57,369 bases of DNA from Candidatus Poribacteria bacterium (GTDB lineage: Bacteria; Poribacteria; WGA-4E; WGA-3G), in assembly GCA_022822275.1 (NCBI GenBank), contig JAJEBZ010000170.1, positions 1-57,369 on the forward strand. The letters are read 5' to 3'. The translations under genes and the position numbers were made by a program. The stretch's first letter is position 1. Every line of letters starts with the position of its first letter. A model generated the notes under the pieces. It was not told the DNA's origin. It ran no database searches and saw only the letters and a list, made by a program, of their open reading frames with translations. This document shows positions 1 through 9,566 of this stretch, in pieces.

Positions 1-144
1 CGTCGGTCGGGTTGAGCATAAGCGAAACCCGACAAGGGTTCGACATGTCGGGTTTCGCTTATGCTCAACCCGACCTACAACACCATATAAATATTAACGG
101 TTGTGATAAAAAACAACCAAAACACCTAAAGCTAAATAACCCTG
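1..144. mobile_element. Partial MITE/REP-type palindromic element (family A), right end ...CTAAATAACCCTG
   Basis: Long hairpin GGTCGGGTTGAGCATAAGCGAAACCCGACA...TGTCGGGTTTCGCTTATGCTCAACCCGACC. The tail is homologous to 44680-44818. Confidence 0.7.
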
Positions 145-188
145 TAAAAAATGAACCACGCACCTTGAAATAGGTTGTAAAAAGTAAT

Positions 189-217
189 TGAAAATACCCT
201 ATTATCATGCTATCATA
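189..217 (+). promoter_or_regulatory. Putative sigma70 promoter
   Basis: TTGAAA-17 bp-TATCAT with a TG extended -10, upstream of the GHMP kinase gene. Confidence 0.45.
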
Positions 218-302
218 GATCATATATCTCGCTATTCTTTGCAAGCAATAACTTGGCTTCAGGAGATGTTAATGGTAAAGTGTCAATTGCAGGAGAACAT
301 TA

Positions 303-1355
303 ATGTTAATCAGAACAAGAGCCCCTGTTCGTATTGATTTCGCAGGGGGGTGGAGCGATGTCGCCCTTTTCACTGAAGAATCTAAAGGACTTGTTATCAA
401 TGGTGCGATCAATCGATACGCTTATGCAACACTTGTCTGTGAAAGCCAAACGGAGTTCCCCGACTCCGTTGAACTACAACGTGTTTTAGACAAGAAAATC
501 AGAATCTATTCTGCAGATTTTGATACGTTTGTTGAGGCAGAAGATGTGCGCCAACTCGAATATGATGGAAACATTGACCTCGTAAAAGCCGCTGTTCGAC
601 AGATGTCAATACAATTCGGAAGTTTTGACCTGATTACACAGTCCAACGCACCACCAGGAAGTGGCCTCGGCACATCCGCTGCAATGGGTGTCACACTCAT
701 TGGTGTACTCGGCGCGCTTAAGGACGTAACATATCTTCCATATCAATACGCCGAACTTGCAAGCAGTATTGAACGTCATGAACTCGGTATCCTCGGCGGC
801 AAACAGGACCATTACGCAAGTGCTATCGGAGGCATCAACTTTATGGAATTTCAGGGGGAAGACGTAAAAACTTCACCAATAAAACTGCCAGCGCACATCC
901 AATACGAACTTGAAAAAAACCTCGTCCTCTGCTACACCGGTCAGTCTCGTCTTTCAGGCAATATCCATCAGAACGTCACGCAAGCGTATAAAAGCGGTAA
1001 ACCGAGTGTTAGAAAAGCTTTAGAAAACCTAAAAGCAATAGCAGATTCAACAAAAACCGCTTTAATTCGCGGGCGTTTAACGGAGTTCGGTGAACTTCTA
1101 ACTGAAAATTGGCATAACCAGAAAAAACTACATGCATCTGTAACAAATGAACAGATAGACGAATTATTCAAAATCGCAATAGAACACGGGGCAATTGGTG
1201 GGAAGGCTTGTGGAGCTGGTGGTGGTGGCTGTCTCCTCTTTTACTGCCAACCCACACGCGAACACAATGTCCGACAAAAACTGGAAGAAGCAGGCACACG
1301 AATTATTGATTTTAACTTTGAATTTGATGGACTTCAAGTTTGGAGAGCGGAATAG
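303..1355 (+). CDS. GHMP kinase, HddA-like (heptose-7-phosphate/sugar kinase)
   Basis: RAPVRIDFAGGWSD, PPGSGLGTS, GGKQD and GAGGGG motifs; AGGAG RBS. Confidence 0.85.
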   Translation: MLIRTRAPVRIDFAGGWSDVALFTEESKGLVINGAINRYAYATLVCESQTEFPDSVELQRVLDKKIRIYSADFDTFVEAEDVRQLEYDGNIDLVKAAVRQMSIQFGSFDLITQSNAPPGSGLGTSAAMGVTLIGVLGALKDVTYLPYQYAELASSIERHELGILGGKQDHYASAIGGINFMEFQGEDVKTSPIKLPAHIQYELEKNLVLCYTGQSRLSGNIHQNVTQAYKSGKPSVRKALENLKAIADSTKTALIRGRLTEFGELLTENWHNQKKLHASVTNEQIDELFKIAIEHGAIGGKACGAGGGGCLLFYCQPTREHNVRQKLEEAGTRIIDFNFEFDGLQVWRAE

Positions 1356-1477
1356 TCATCTAACACTTTCAGCACGCCGCAATTTGTAAAATTATTCTGT
1401 TATCTCCGTGTGCTAATTCATTCAAAAATAAGCTTCATAGACTGAAATTTAACACAATATATACGGAAGGAAGATTG

Positions 1478-2491
1478 ATGGAAAACGACCACATTGAAAC
1501 TGATTTAGAAGCCGCAGAGTTCTTAAAAGCCGCTCGTGAAAATATTTTGACCGAACTAAAAAAACGTATCGTAGGGCAAAGCGATGTTATTGACCAACTC
1601 CTTATTGCCCTTTTCTCGCAAGGGCACTGCCTTCTTGTAGGCGTGCCTGGGTTAGCAAAAACCTTACTAATCAGCACTTTTGCCAATATTCTGGAACTCC
1701 CTTTCAATCGCATTCAGTTTACGCCTGACCTTATGCCTTCAGATATAATCGGAACGGATATTATAGAAGAAGACGTGAATACTGGTAACCGCGCATTCCG
1801 TTTTATCAAGGGGCCTGTCTTTGCAAACATTGTACTTGCTGATGAAATCAACCGCACACCACCGAAAACACAAGCTGCGCTCCTACAAGCGATGCAAGAG
1901 TATAAGGTGACAGCAGGTGGCAATACTTACGCATTGGAACTTCCGTTCTTTGTGTTAGCTACACAGAACCCAATCGAACAGGAAGGTACTTATCCACTAC
2001 CGGAAGCACAACTTGACCGCTTTATGTTCAATATTTACATTGATTATCCAAACAAAGCTGAGGAAAAAGAAATTGTGATGACAACTACCTCCGCTTATGA
2101 GCCCGACATACAACCGGTCATCACGGGTGAACAGGTGTTACGATTACAGCAGATTGTGCGCAAAGTGCCAATTGCAGAGGCGATGGTAGACTATGCGGTA
2201 GAATTGAGTTTGAATACGCGTCCAACACATCCCGATGCCCACGACTTTATCAAAGATTGGGTCAATTGGGGGGCAGGACCACGCGCATCTCAATACCTTG
2301 TTTTGGGGGCAAAGGCACGCGCAATCATGCACGGACGCTATCACGTCAGTTATGAGGACATCAAAGCAGTCGCAAAACCGGTTCTACGCCACCGAATCTT
2401 GACAAACTTCAATGCTGAAGCGGATGGCATCACCAGTCTTGATATTATCTCGCAGCTGCTGGAAAAGGTTGAACCGCCAGAAGCAAACTGA
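1478..2491 (+). CDS. MoxR-family AAA+ ATPase
   Basis: GVPGLAKT, RIQFTPDLMPSD, DEINR, ATQNPIEQEGTYPLPEAQLDRF. Confidence 0.93.
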   Translation: MENDHIETDLEAAEFLKAARENILTELKKRIVGQSDVIDQLLIALFSQGHCLLVGVPGLAKTLLISTFANILELPFNRIQFTPDLMPSDIIGTDIIEEDVNTGNRAFRFIKGPVFANIVLADEINRTPPKTQAALLQAMQEYKVTAGGNTYALELPFFVLATQNPIEQEGTYPLPEAQLDRFMFNIYIDYPNKAEEKEIVMTTTSAYEPDIQPVITGEQVLRLQQIVRKVPIAEAMVDYAVELSLNTRPTHPDAHDFIKDWVNWGAGPRASQYLVLGAKARAIMHGRYHVSYEDIKAVAKPVLRHRILTNFNAEADGITSLDIISQLLEKVEPPEAN

Positions 2492-2530
2492 TTTTACACC
2501 TCAGTTATCATATAGGGGCAATACACTACA

Positions 2531-2767
2531 ATGAAAGCAAAAGATACTTCCAACACGCGCGACCAAAACGCCTATAAAATGGACAAAACCGCATTTTCTG
2601 TCACTACGCTTTTTGAAAAAACTGGTGACAAGGAATATTGGAAATCCAAGACACCACAGGAACGTATGGAAGTACTGGAATTGATGCGGCAAATCAACTA
2701 TGGCTACGATCCAACTACCGCCCGACTTCAAAGAGTTCTTGAAATTGTTGAACTCACATCAGATTAA
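2531..2767 (+). CDS. Small hypothetical protein (antitoxin-like family usually paired with a nucleotidyltransferase)
   Basis: MDKTAFSV...YWKSKTPQER...RLQRV pattern. The true start may be the internal ATG at 2579. Confidence 0.55.
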   Translation: MKAKDTSNTRDQNAYKMDKTAFSVTTLFEKTGDKEYWKSKTPQERMEVLELMRQINYGYDPTTARLQRVLEIVELTSD

Positions 2768-2781
2768 ATGAGAATTGCGAA

Positions 2782-3390
2782 ATGGAAGAAACAAAACATA
2801 TTCAACCCAGAACGAAATTGCCATCTGCACAACAGACACCATCTGCACAACAGACACTTCGAACCGCTGACGACCTCAGGAAACAAGCGGATGATGGTTA
2901 TCGGTATGAATTGGTGAAAGGAGTCATACGTAGAACGCCAGCAATTGGATTTGAACATGGTGTACTATCAGCTAAAATTGGCAGTTTCCTTGAAGAACAC
3001 ATAAATATGCATAACTTAGGTTCTGTTTGTGGTGCTGGCACAGGATTCAAGCTCTCTCAGAATCCTGACACCGTGCGTGCACCAGATGCAGCGTTTGTTC
3101 GTCAATCTGCAATTGATGAACAGGGAATTCCTGAGAGTTATTGGGAAGGTGCGCCTGATCTTGCTGTTGAGGTTATCTCTCCAAGTGATACTTACGCAGC
3201 CGTTGAAGAAAAAGTGGATGAATGGTTGATGGCAGGTTGCGCAATGGTATGGGTAATAAATCCGCGTAGAGAGACTGTGGAGGTGTATCGGTCACCTGAA
3301 GATATTACCATTTTGCATGGCGATGACATGCTTGATGGCGGGGATGTGATTGAAGGATTTCAGTGTCAAGTGAAAGCGTTATTTGTGTGA
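2782..3390 (+). CDS. Uma2-family PD-(D/E)xK endonuclease-like protein
   Basis: RYELVKG, VRAPDAAFV, APDLAVEVISPSD, VWVINP. Confidence 0.9.
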   Translation: MEETKHIQPRTKLPSAQQTPSAQQTLRTADDLRKQADDGYRYELVKGVIRRTPAIGFEHGVLSAKIGSFLEEHINMHNLGSVCGAGTGFKLSQNPDTVRAPDAAFVRQSAIDEQGIPESYWEGAPDLAVEVISPSDTYAAVEEKVDEWLMAGCAMVWVINPRRETVEVYRSPEDITILHGDDMLDGGDVIEGFQCQVKALFV

Positions 3391-3422
3391 GATAGCAGCG
3401 AAGGATAGCGTTATTCCTGAAT

Positions 3423-4787
3423 TTACGGTTCATGTGTTTTGTTAGTATCCTGTTCATACTCATCCAGTTTGCGGTATAGAGTGCGAACCCCGATATCCAG
3501 AATCTTTGCTGCTTCTGTTTTGTTCCCGCCTGTTTCAGCCAGCGTTTTCTCGATGGCTTCCCGTTCAATCTGGGTCATTGTCATACCAACCTTGCCGATT
3601 GTATCCTCATCATCAATCACTGTAAGATATTCTCCACCTACCTTTTTTGAACCTTGCTGATGTTCATTATGTGTTGTGATGGGGATAACATCGTCTTGTG
3701 TGCGATTTTCAAGTGCCTTTGCAATAGTAGATAACACCTCAAGTGTTTTCCGCAAGACGATTGCCGTATCTTCGTTATCCGTTATCTGCAACCAACTGGT
3801 ATCATCTTCAGGAATTAAGGTTGGTATCTCAGTGTGATAGGTAGTATTCGGTTCAAGCAAACGAACTGCGGAGAGAATGAGCCCCAGAATTGTCTTGTAA
3901 ATGGTGACATTTTCTGCTGCTACTGTTTCGGTATTTTGGTTGATGACCTGTATAGATGTTCCCGGTTCGTCAAGAATTTTCACAGGATATTGAGGATATT
4001 CAGGTACTGGATGCGTGGAAAAATCTGTGAGTTCAAGTTCCTCGGTTGCTGCTAAGATAATAGCGGACTCAACGGCATTTTTGAGTTGACGGACATTGCC
4101 CGGCCAGTCTGCATCTTTGAGATAGTCATGTGCTTTTGGTGTTATACCGGTAACATCTTTGTTGTGTTTTTCGCTTAATTCGGAGATAAATGCATCTACA
4201 AAAAGGGGTATATCTTCGCGTCTGTCACGTAGGGGTGGAATTTGGATTTGGAAAAGGTTCAATCTATAGTAAAGATCTTGCCTAAATTTCTCGTCTTTAA
4301 CCGATTTTTCGAGATCAACGTTTGTTGCAGCGATAATTCGGACATCAACTTTGACGTTTCTCTCACCACCGAGTCGTGTGAATTCTTGTGTTTCTAAGAC
4401 TCGGAGGAATTTGACTTGTACTTCGGGGGACATTTCACCTATTTCATCAAGGAAGAGTGTGCCACCATCAGCAAGTTCAAATACACCGCGGCGTTGGTTT
4501 GTTGCACCGGTAAATGCCCCTTTTTCGTGACCAAAGAGCTCGCTTTGAAGCAGGTCTTGATAAAACACACCACAATTGACAGCTTTGAAAAGTCTATCTT
4601 TGCGGGTACTTTTCTTGTGGATTGTCTGTGCAACGACCTCTTTTCCGACACCTGTTTCACCTGTAATGAGGACAGTTGCATTTGTTGGTGCAACCTGTTT
4701 AACTTTGCGCCAAACTATCCGCATCGCTTCGGATTCACCGATAACGGGGAATGCATTGGACTCGGTAAGGGGTGTTGAGAGGTTCAT
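3423..4787 (-). CDS. Sigma-54-dependent transcriptional activator (AAA + Fis HTH, no N-terminal sensor domain)
   Basis: GETGVGKE, ELFGHEKGAFTGA, LFLDEIGEM, WPGNVRQL and C-terminal GNKTEAAKILDIGVRTLYRKL. Confidence 0.92.
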   Translation of the reverse strand: MNLSTPLTESNAFPVIGESEAMRIVWRKVKQVAPTNATVLITGETGVGKEVVAQTIHKKSTRKDRLFKAVNCGVFYQDLLQSELFGHEKGAFTGATNQRRGVFELADGGTLFLDEIGEMSPEVQVKFLRVLETQEFTRLGGERNVKVDVRIIAATNVDLEKSVKDEKFRQDLYYRLNLFQIQIPPLRDRREDIPLFVDAFISELSEKHNKDVTGITPKAHDYLKDADWPGNVRQLKNAVESAIILAATEELELTDFSTHPVPEYPQYPVKILDEPGTSIQVINQNTETVAAENVTIYKTILGLILSAVRLLEPNTTYHTEIPTLIPEDDTSWLQITDNEDTAIVLRKTLEVLSTIAKALENRTQDDVIPITTHNEHQQGSKKVGGEYLTVIDDEDTIGKVGMTMTQIEREAIEKTLAETGGNKTEAAKILDIGVRTLYRKLDEYEQDTNKTHEP

Positions 4788-4818
4788 TTTTCTTCCTCGC
4801 AAACCAACATATTATTGG

Positions 4819-5565
4819 TTAACTCTTATTTAGAACAATCTCAATTAACCGCTGTGGATTTTGCTTCACTTCCTCAAACACCTGAAAACCATCACGGCAC
4901 GCAGCTTCACACAGTCTTCTGATGACAACACCTTTGAGTGCCCAGTTAGTAGTGCGGAGACCTTTCTGCAGATCCCTGCCAGTTTCAACAACATGGACAT
5001 TCGGTAAATCCTCATTCACTGCTTTTCTTTGGCTTTTTGGGAGGAGAAAAACCATCGTTACAGCACGTTCCACCTCAAAAACGCGTTGTAAGGATTCAAT
5101 ATCATCCTGTCTCAATAGCGAAATAACGAGATCATAACTCTCAAACAGATCGACTGTGCGTTCAGGGACTCCATTCTCACCGAATTCTAACACCTCAAGT
5201 TCGTGAAGGGGGGCAGTGTCAAAAGGCACGATCGTATCATTTTCACCAACCGGAATCATCTTCCCATCAACACGGCAATAATACCATGGAAAATAAAGGT
5301 CAATGGTGTTCTTACCGTATTGTTCGTGTTCACGTATCTGTTTCAGACCTTCCCTCAATTGAATAAACAGAGGTCCGGTAAACATTTCGGCAGCGGGTAG
5401 TCGATAATCCTTATCTTTATCATACCATCCTTCTGCGTTGAAACCGCACAGTTCTTTGATACGCGCCTTAAGACGATCAGGTGCCCTGCAATCTTCACTA
5501 CTCAAAGGATTGTCAAGCTTATGTTTTTGCCCAGTTGTATAAGAGTTAAAGACCAAAACTTTCAT
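4819..5565 (-). CDS. Hypothetical protein (DUF6884-like 'PAAEMFTG' motif)
   Basis: Long ORF between secF and the sigma54 activator. ATG at 5565 avoids overlap with secF. Family assignment is tentative. Confidence 0.6.
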   Translation of the reverse strand: MKVLVFNSYTTGQKHKLDNPLSSEDCRAPDRLKARIKELCGFNAEGWYDKDKDYRLPAAEMFTGPLFIQLREGLKQIREHEQYGKNTIDLYFPWYYCRVDGKMIPVGENDTIVPFDTAPLHELEVLEFGENGVPERTVDLFESYDLVISLLRQDDIESLQRVFEVERAVTMVFLLPKSQRKAVNEDLPNVHVVETGRDLQKGLRTTNWALKGVVIRRLCEAACRDGFQVFEEVKQNPQRLIEIVLNKS

Positions 5566-5569
5566 GATA

Positions 5570-6736
5570 CTACGCCTTTGCTTGCTGTTGTCTTTGATGC
5601 CAGATGTGCAGGATTGGACTTGCGATGAAGACTGAGGAATATGTTCCAATTAACACACCTACAATGAGTGCTAAGGCAAACGTGTTAATCTCCTCTCCTG
5701 AACTGGATAAAGCAAAAATTACAACAACAACAAAGAGCGTTGTAATTGAGGTGATAACGGTTCGGCTGAGCGATTGATTGATGCTGCGGTTTAGGACATC
5801 TGTGTATTCCGTGCCACGTAGAGATATACCGTTTTCTCGGATCCGGTCAAATACGACAATTGTATCGTTTAGCGAATACCCGATAATAGTGAGAAACGCA
5901 GCGACGGTAGGCAAATTGATCTCTTTTGAAAACACAGCGAAAATCCCCAATGTGATTAGCACATCGTGCACAAGTGCTGCAATAGCACCGATGGCATAAC
6001 GGAATTCAAATCGCCAAGAGATGTAGATCAACAAGATTGCGATTGACGAAAGGACTGACCAGAGCGCGGACCATTTAAGGTCGCGCCCAACGCTGGGACC
6101 GACTTCAGTAACATTTACACTGTCGGAGACTGCTTTCCAACCGTCACCGCCTTCAAGGAGTGCTTCTGTGAGAATCCCACCGATGCTTGCTTGTATCTGA
6201 ATAGTTGCATTTGCTGTTAGATCTATCCCGACTTCGTTTGCAAAAGTCACCTGAATCGCAGTACCGTCTTCAGTAGGTGTTACAGTGAGGATTTCATTGC
6301 GTTGTTGTAAATCGCCATCAATCAATTCAACGTTTTCTCCAGGTTTCAACAGATGTGTTTTTTCTGCAGTGCTGCTTACATGTAGGGTTGTAGCCGTTGC
6401 ATCTCCAGGGTCTGCCATAATAGGTATATTAACCGACTGTTGCTGAAATTCTGGGCGATGCCCCATGGAGACAAAAGCTTTGTTTTCGCTCGGGGCGAGT
6501 TGTATTTTGACATCTTCGTAGCCTAATTCAGCTAGTTTAGTTTTCAGTTCATCTTCAGTTACTGTCCTGTCAAAGACAACTTCAACTTTTACACCGCCAC
6601 GGAAGTCGATACCAAAATTCGGTCCGCCATGAAATACAAGAAAAACGATACCGATTGTTATCAACACAGCAGAGAACAAAAATCCGGTACGATGCTTACT
6701 GATAAAATCAATGTTTGTATTTTTTAGAAATTCCAA
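5570..6736 (-). CDS. secF: Protein translocase subunit SecF
   Basis: GIDFRGG, VGPSVG, ALVHDV, GYSLNDTIVVFDRIREN, GTYSSVFIA. Confidence 0.96.
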   Translation of the reverse strand: MEFLKNTNIDFISKHRTGFLFSAVLITIGIVFLVFHGGPNFGIDFRGGVKVEVVFDRTVTEDELKTKLAELGYEDVKIQLAPSENKAFVSMGHRPEFQQQSVNIPIMADPGDATATTLHVSSTAEKTHLLKPGENVELIDGDLQQRNEILTVTPTEDGTAIQVTFANEVGIDLTANATIQIQASIGGILTEALLEGGDGWKAVSDSVNVTEVGPSVGRDLKWSALWSVLSSIAILLIYISWRFEFRYAIGAIAALVHDVLITLGIFAVFSKEINLPTVAAFLTIIGYSLNDTIVVFDRIRENGISLRGTEYTDVLNRSINQSLSRTVITSITTLFVVVVIFALSSSGEEINTFALALIVGVLIGTYSSVFIASPILHIWHQRQQQAKA

Positions 6737-6851
6737 TTTTTTATCCTTCTATAGTCGCTTTGCCCGATTGGAAGTAGCGTGTCTTATGTCGGGCAGTCTT
6801 AGATATTATATGATTCTTGACATATCGTTGGGATGCTTGTAATCTAAATCA

Positions 6852-8801
6852 TTAGATGCTTAACTTCTCTACATCTCTATTGCCGATTGCCAACCCGTAT
6901 ATCTCGCGAGTGACAATAATTGCTGTGAACATACTTGCAAGGATACCAATACCGAGCGTAACCGCAAACCCTTTAATGGGACCGGTGCCGAAATGGTAAA
7001 GGACAAGAGCAGTAAAGAACGTTGTGAGGTTAGCATCCAAGATCGTTATAAATGCGCGTTGATACCCGCTTGTAATTGCAGCCCAGACCTTTTTGCCTGA
7101 TCGCAATTCCTCCCGTATTCGTTCAAAGATAAGGACATTTGCATCAACAGCCATACCGATAGTAAGTACAAGCCCGGCGATACCAGGCAGTGTCAACGCT
7201 GCACCAAATCCTGCTAACGCACCGAGTATAATTATCATATTAAATACAAGTGCAATGATGGCAATCAGACCAGATAATCGGTAGTAGATTATCATGAAGA
7301 CCAAGACAAAACCTAATCCTATAATTGCGGCTTTGACTCCATTGTCAATAGATTTTTTACCGAGGGAGGGGCCGACAGTCCGTTCTTCTCCGACTTGCAC
7401 GCCGACCGGGAAAGCCCCCGCTTTCAAGATATTTGAAAGATATTCAGCTTCTTGAAAGGTAAAGTTCCCCTCAATAACTGCATTGCCTCTAATCTGTGTG
7501 TTGATGACAGGGGCAGATTGTACTTTATCGTCAAGCAGGATTGCAAGATGTTCACCGACGTGGTCGCCAGTGATTTTCGCAAATTTGCTTTCACCTTTAC
7601 TGTCAAAATCCATAAGAACAACGATTTCAAAACTTGTAGTTCCAGAAGAGGGTCTGGCATCATCAATGTTTTGTCCTGTCAGCAGCACCGGGCTCTCCAC
7701 AACATACCATCCGCCTGTTTCATGATGATAACGAATTTCAGTGTTTTCAGGGAGATCGTCCGGGGGAGGCGTATCTGCTGAACCCGCCCATATATTGCCG
7801 CCACTTTTCTCATTTTTGCTCACCATCTTGAATTCCAAACGTCCCATCGTTTGCACAATCCGAAGCGGACCGGATGAATCCTTTGCCCCCGGTAATTCAA
7901 TGATAATACGTGGACGGTTTGCTTCCTGACGAATAGACGGTTCTGCGACACCGAAAGCATCTACGCGATTGCGTAAGACAATCAATACCTGCTGAATTGC
8001 CTTGTCGCTGTATTCTTGCATTCCTTTCGGACTTAGTTGTAACTTATAGTTTAATTGTGTTCCCTTTTCAGAAATAACCTGGACATCCTCAAAGAATTCA
8101 ATATCGTTAAGAAGCTGGACAGTTTTCTCCAAATACTCCTTCTTTTGTTCAGGATCAGACCTGAGTCGAGATGGGATTTGAACGGGCACGTTGAGTGCGT
8201 CTTCACCACTCACTTGTTCAACTTCACGGCATAAGATCTCTTCTCCTCTCAACATATCAGGTATAGAGAATGCATTCGTTTTTAGCAATTCTCTTTTTGA
8301 CTTTTCAAGATCAACTTCAAGAACGAGGTGGACACCACCTTTCAGATCTAAACCTAACTTCAAACGGTTGTTGGGTAGTATCTTCCGCAACGTAATTGGA
8401 AGACTTCCGAATAGATGCATATTCTCTAACATTGTGGTGGGATCTTCTTTAGCTTTCTCAGAGATAAGTCTTACGAAGAATTCCTTTGTTTCTGTCGTAT
8501 CAAACTGATAGTCTACCTCTTCCTTGAATCCAAGTTTTTCCATTTGGACAATAAAGACATCCTGAATTTCATCGATCGCTTCTTGAAAACTTGTTCCTGT
8601 CGGTAATTTTACGTCAGTTAAGTCAACTTTGAAAGTACTATCATCTGTAACTTCAAAGGCGGGTAGTACCTCCTGTAAATTCAGTGGTAGATTTCCATAC
8701 AAAGGAAGGTAAAATCTATCTGGTGTAGGGATAAGGTATAAAACCGATAACAGCAATACACCTAAGATTAAAACAATTTTCCAGATATTGAATCTGTACA
8801 T
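6852..8801 (-). CDS. secD: Protein translocase subunit SecD
   Basis: LGLDLKGG, RNRVDAFGVAEP, VGPSLG, GMAVDANVLIFERIREE, GPIKGFA. Confidence 0.96.
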   Translation of the reverse strand: MYRFNIWKIVLILGVLLLSVLYLIPTPDRFYLPLYGNLPLNLQEVLPAFEVTDDSTFKVDLTDVKLPTGTSFQEAIDEIQDVFIVQMEKLGFKEEVDYQFDTTETKEFFVRLISEKAKEDPTTMLENMHLFGSLPITLRKILPNNRLKLGLDLKGGVHLVLEVDLEKSKRELLKTNAFSIPDMLRGEEILCREVEQVSGEDALNVPVQIPSRLRSDPEQKKEYLEKTVQLLNDIEFFEDVQVISEKGTQLNYKLQLSPKGMQEYSDKAIQQVLIVLRNRVDAFGVAEPSIRQEANRPRIIIELPGAKDSSGPLRIVQTMGRLEFKMVSKNEKSGGNIWAGSADTPPPDDLPENTEIRYHHETGGWYVVESPVLLTGQNIDDARPSSGTTSFEIVVLMDFDSKGESKFAKITGDHVGEHLAILLDDKVQSAPVINTQIRGNAVIEGNFTFQEAEYLSNILKAGAFPVGVQVGEERTVGPSLGKKSIDNGVKAAIIGLGFVLVFMIIYYRLSGLIAIIALVFNMIIILGALAGFGAALTLPGIAGLVLTIGMAVDANVLIFERIREELRSGKKVWAAITSGYQRAFITILDANLTTFFTALVLYHFGTGPIKGFAVTLGIGILASMFTAIIVTREIYGLAIGNRDVEKLSI

Positions 8802-8865
8802 CAAATGCTCCTATATTCTAAAACGATATTTTTGTGCGGCAGAATACTGCAGAAAGTCTTGTAGG

Positions 8866-8938
8866 TGCGCCTGGGAGGAATCGAACCCCCGACACGAGGC
8901 TTAGGAAGCCCCTGCTCTATCCCCTGAGCTACAGGCGC
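8866..8938 (-). tRNA. tRNA-Arg (CCT)
   Basis: Reverse complement reads GCGCCTG-TAGCTCAGGGGATAGAGC-A-GGGGC TT CCT AA GCCTC...GGGGG TTCGATT CCTCC-CAGGCGC-A, a full cloverleaf. CCA is not fully encoded. Confidence 0.95.
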
Positions 8939-9019
8939 GCTTACCGCTAAACCTTATTTTAGTTGCAATCTGTTGCATTCTGTTGATATGCGTAAAATGA
9001 AATTAAAGCACAGTCTCTG

Positions 9020-9535
9020 CTAAAATTCAACGAGAGAAAAGATCGGTTGATTTCCTACTTTCTTTCGTCCTTCGAATTCTGTAAGTTCTAACAACAGTGC
9101 AATGCCTACTATGTTCCCACCAACTTTTTTGACAAGTTCAACAGACGCTGCCAAAGTCCCACCGGTAGCTAAGACATCATCACATACAAGAACGCGACTC
9201 CCTATTGGAAAAGCGTCTCGATGGATAGCGAGTGTGTCAGCACCGTATTCAAGGTCGTAGGTCACTTCATAGCAATCAAAGGGTAACTTGCCACTTTTAC
9301 GGATAGGAACAAAGCCGATACCCAGGCGATGTGCCAGAGCTGCGCCGAGAATAAAACCCCGAGCGTCAATGCCTACGATGACATCTATCACATCAGATCT
9401 AAAACGGTTTACAAATACTTCAACTGCAGCATTAAAGGCTGATCCGTTTCCTAATAGTGGTGTTATATCTTTAAAAGACACGCCGGGTTTAGGGAAATTC
9501 GGTATGTCTCTTATAAATTTGGTAAAATCGCTCAT
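9020..9535 (-). CDS. apt: Adenine phosphoribosyltransferase
   Basis: IPNFPKPGVSFKDITPLL, DARGF, LEYG, DDVLATGGT. Confidence 0.95.
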   Translation of the reverse strand: MSDFTKFIRDIPNFPKPGVSFKDITPLLGNGSAFNAAVEVFVNRFRSDVIDVIVGIDARGFILGAALAHRLGIGFVPIRKSGKLPFDCYEVTYDLEYGADTLAIHRDAFPIGSRVLVCDDVLATGGTLAASVELVKKVGGNIVGIALLLELTEFEGRKKVGNQPIFSLVEF

Positions 9536-9566
9536 AGTTGTTTCTTGTTATTTGTGCTGCACTGTA

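Noticed and set aside
8866-8938. tRNA used as an integration site
   Set aside because: I saw no duplicated tRNA 3' end and no integrase in the window.
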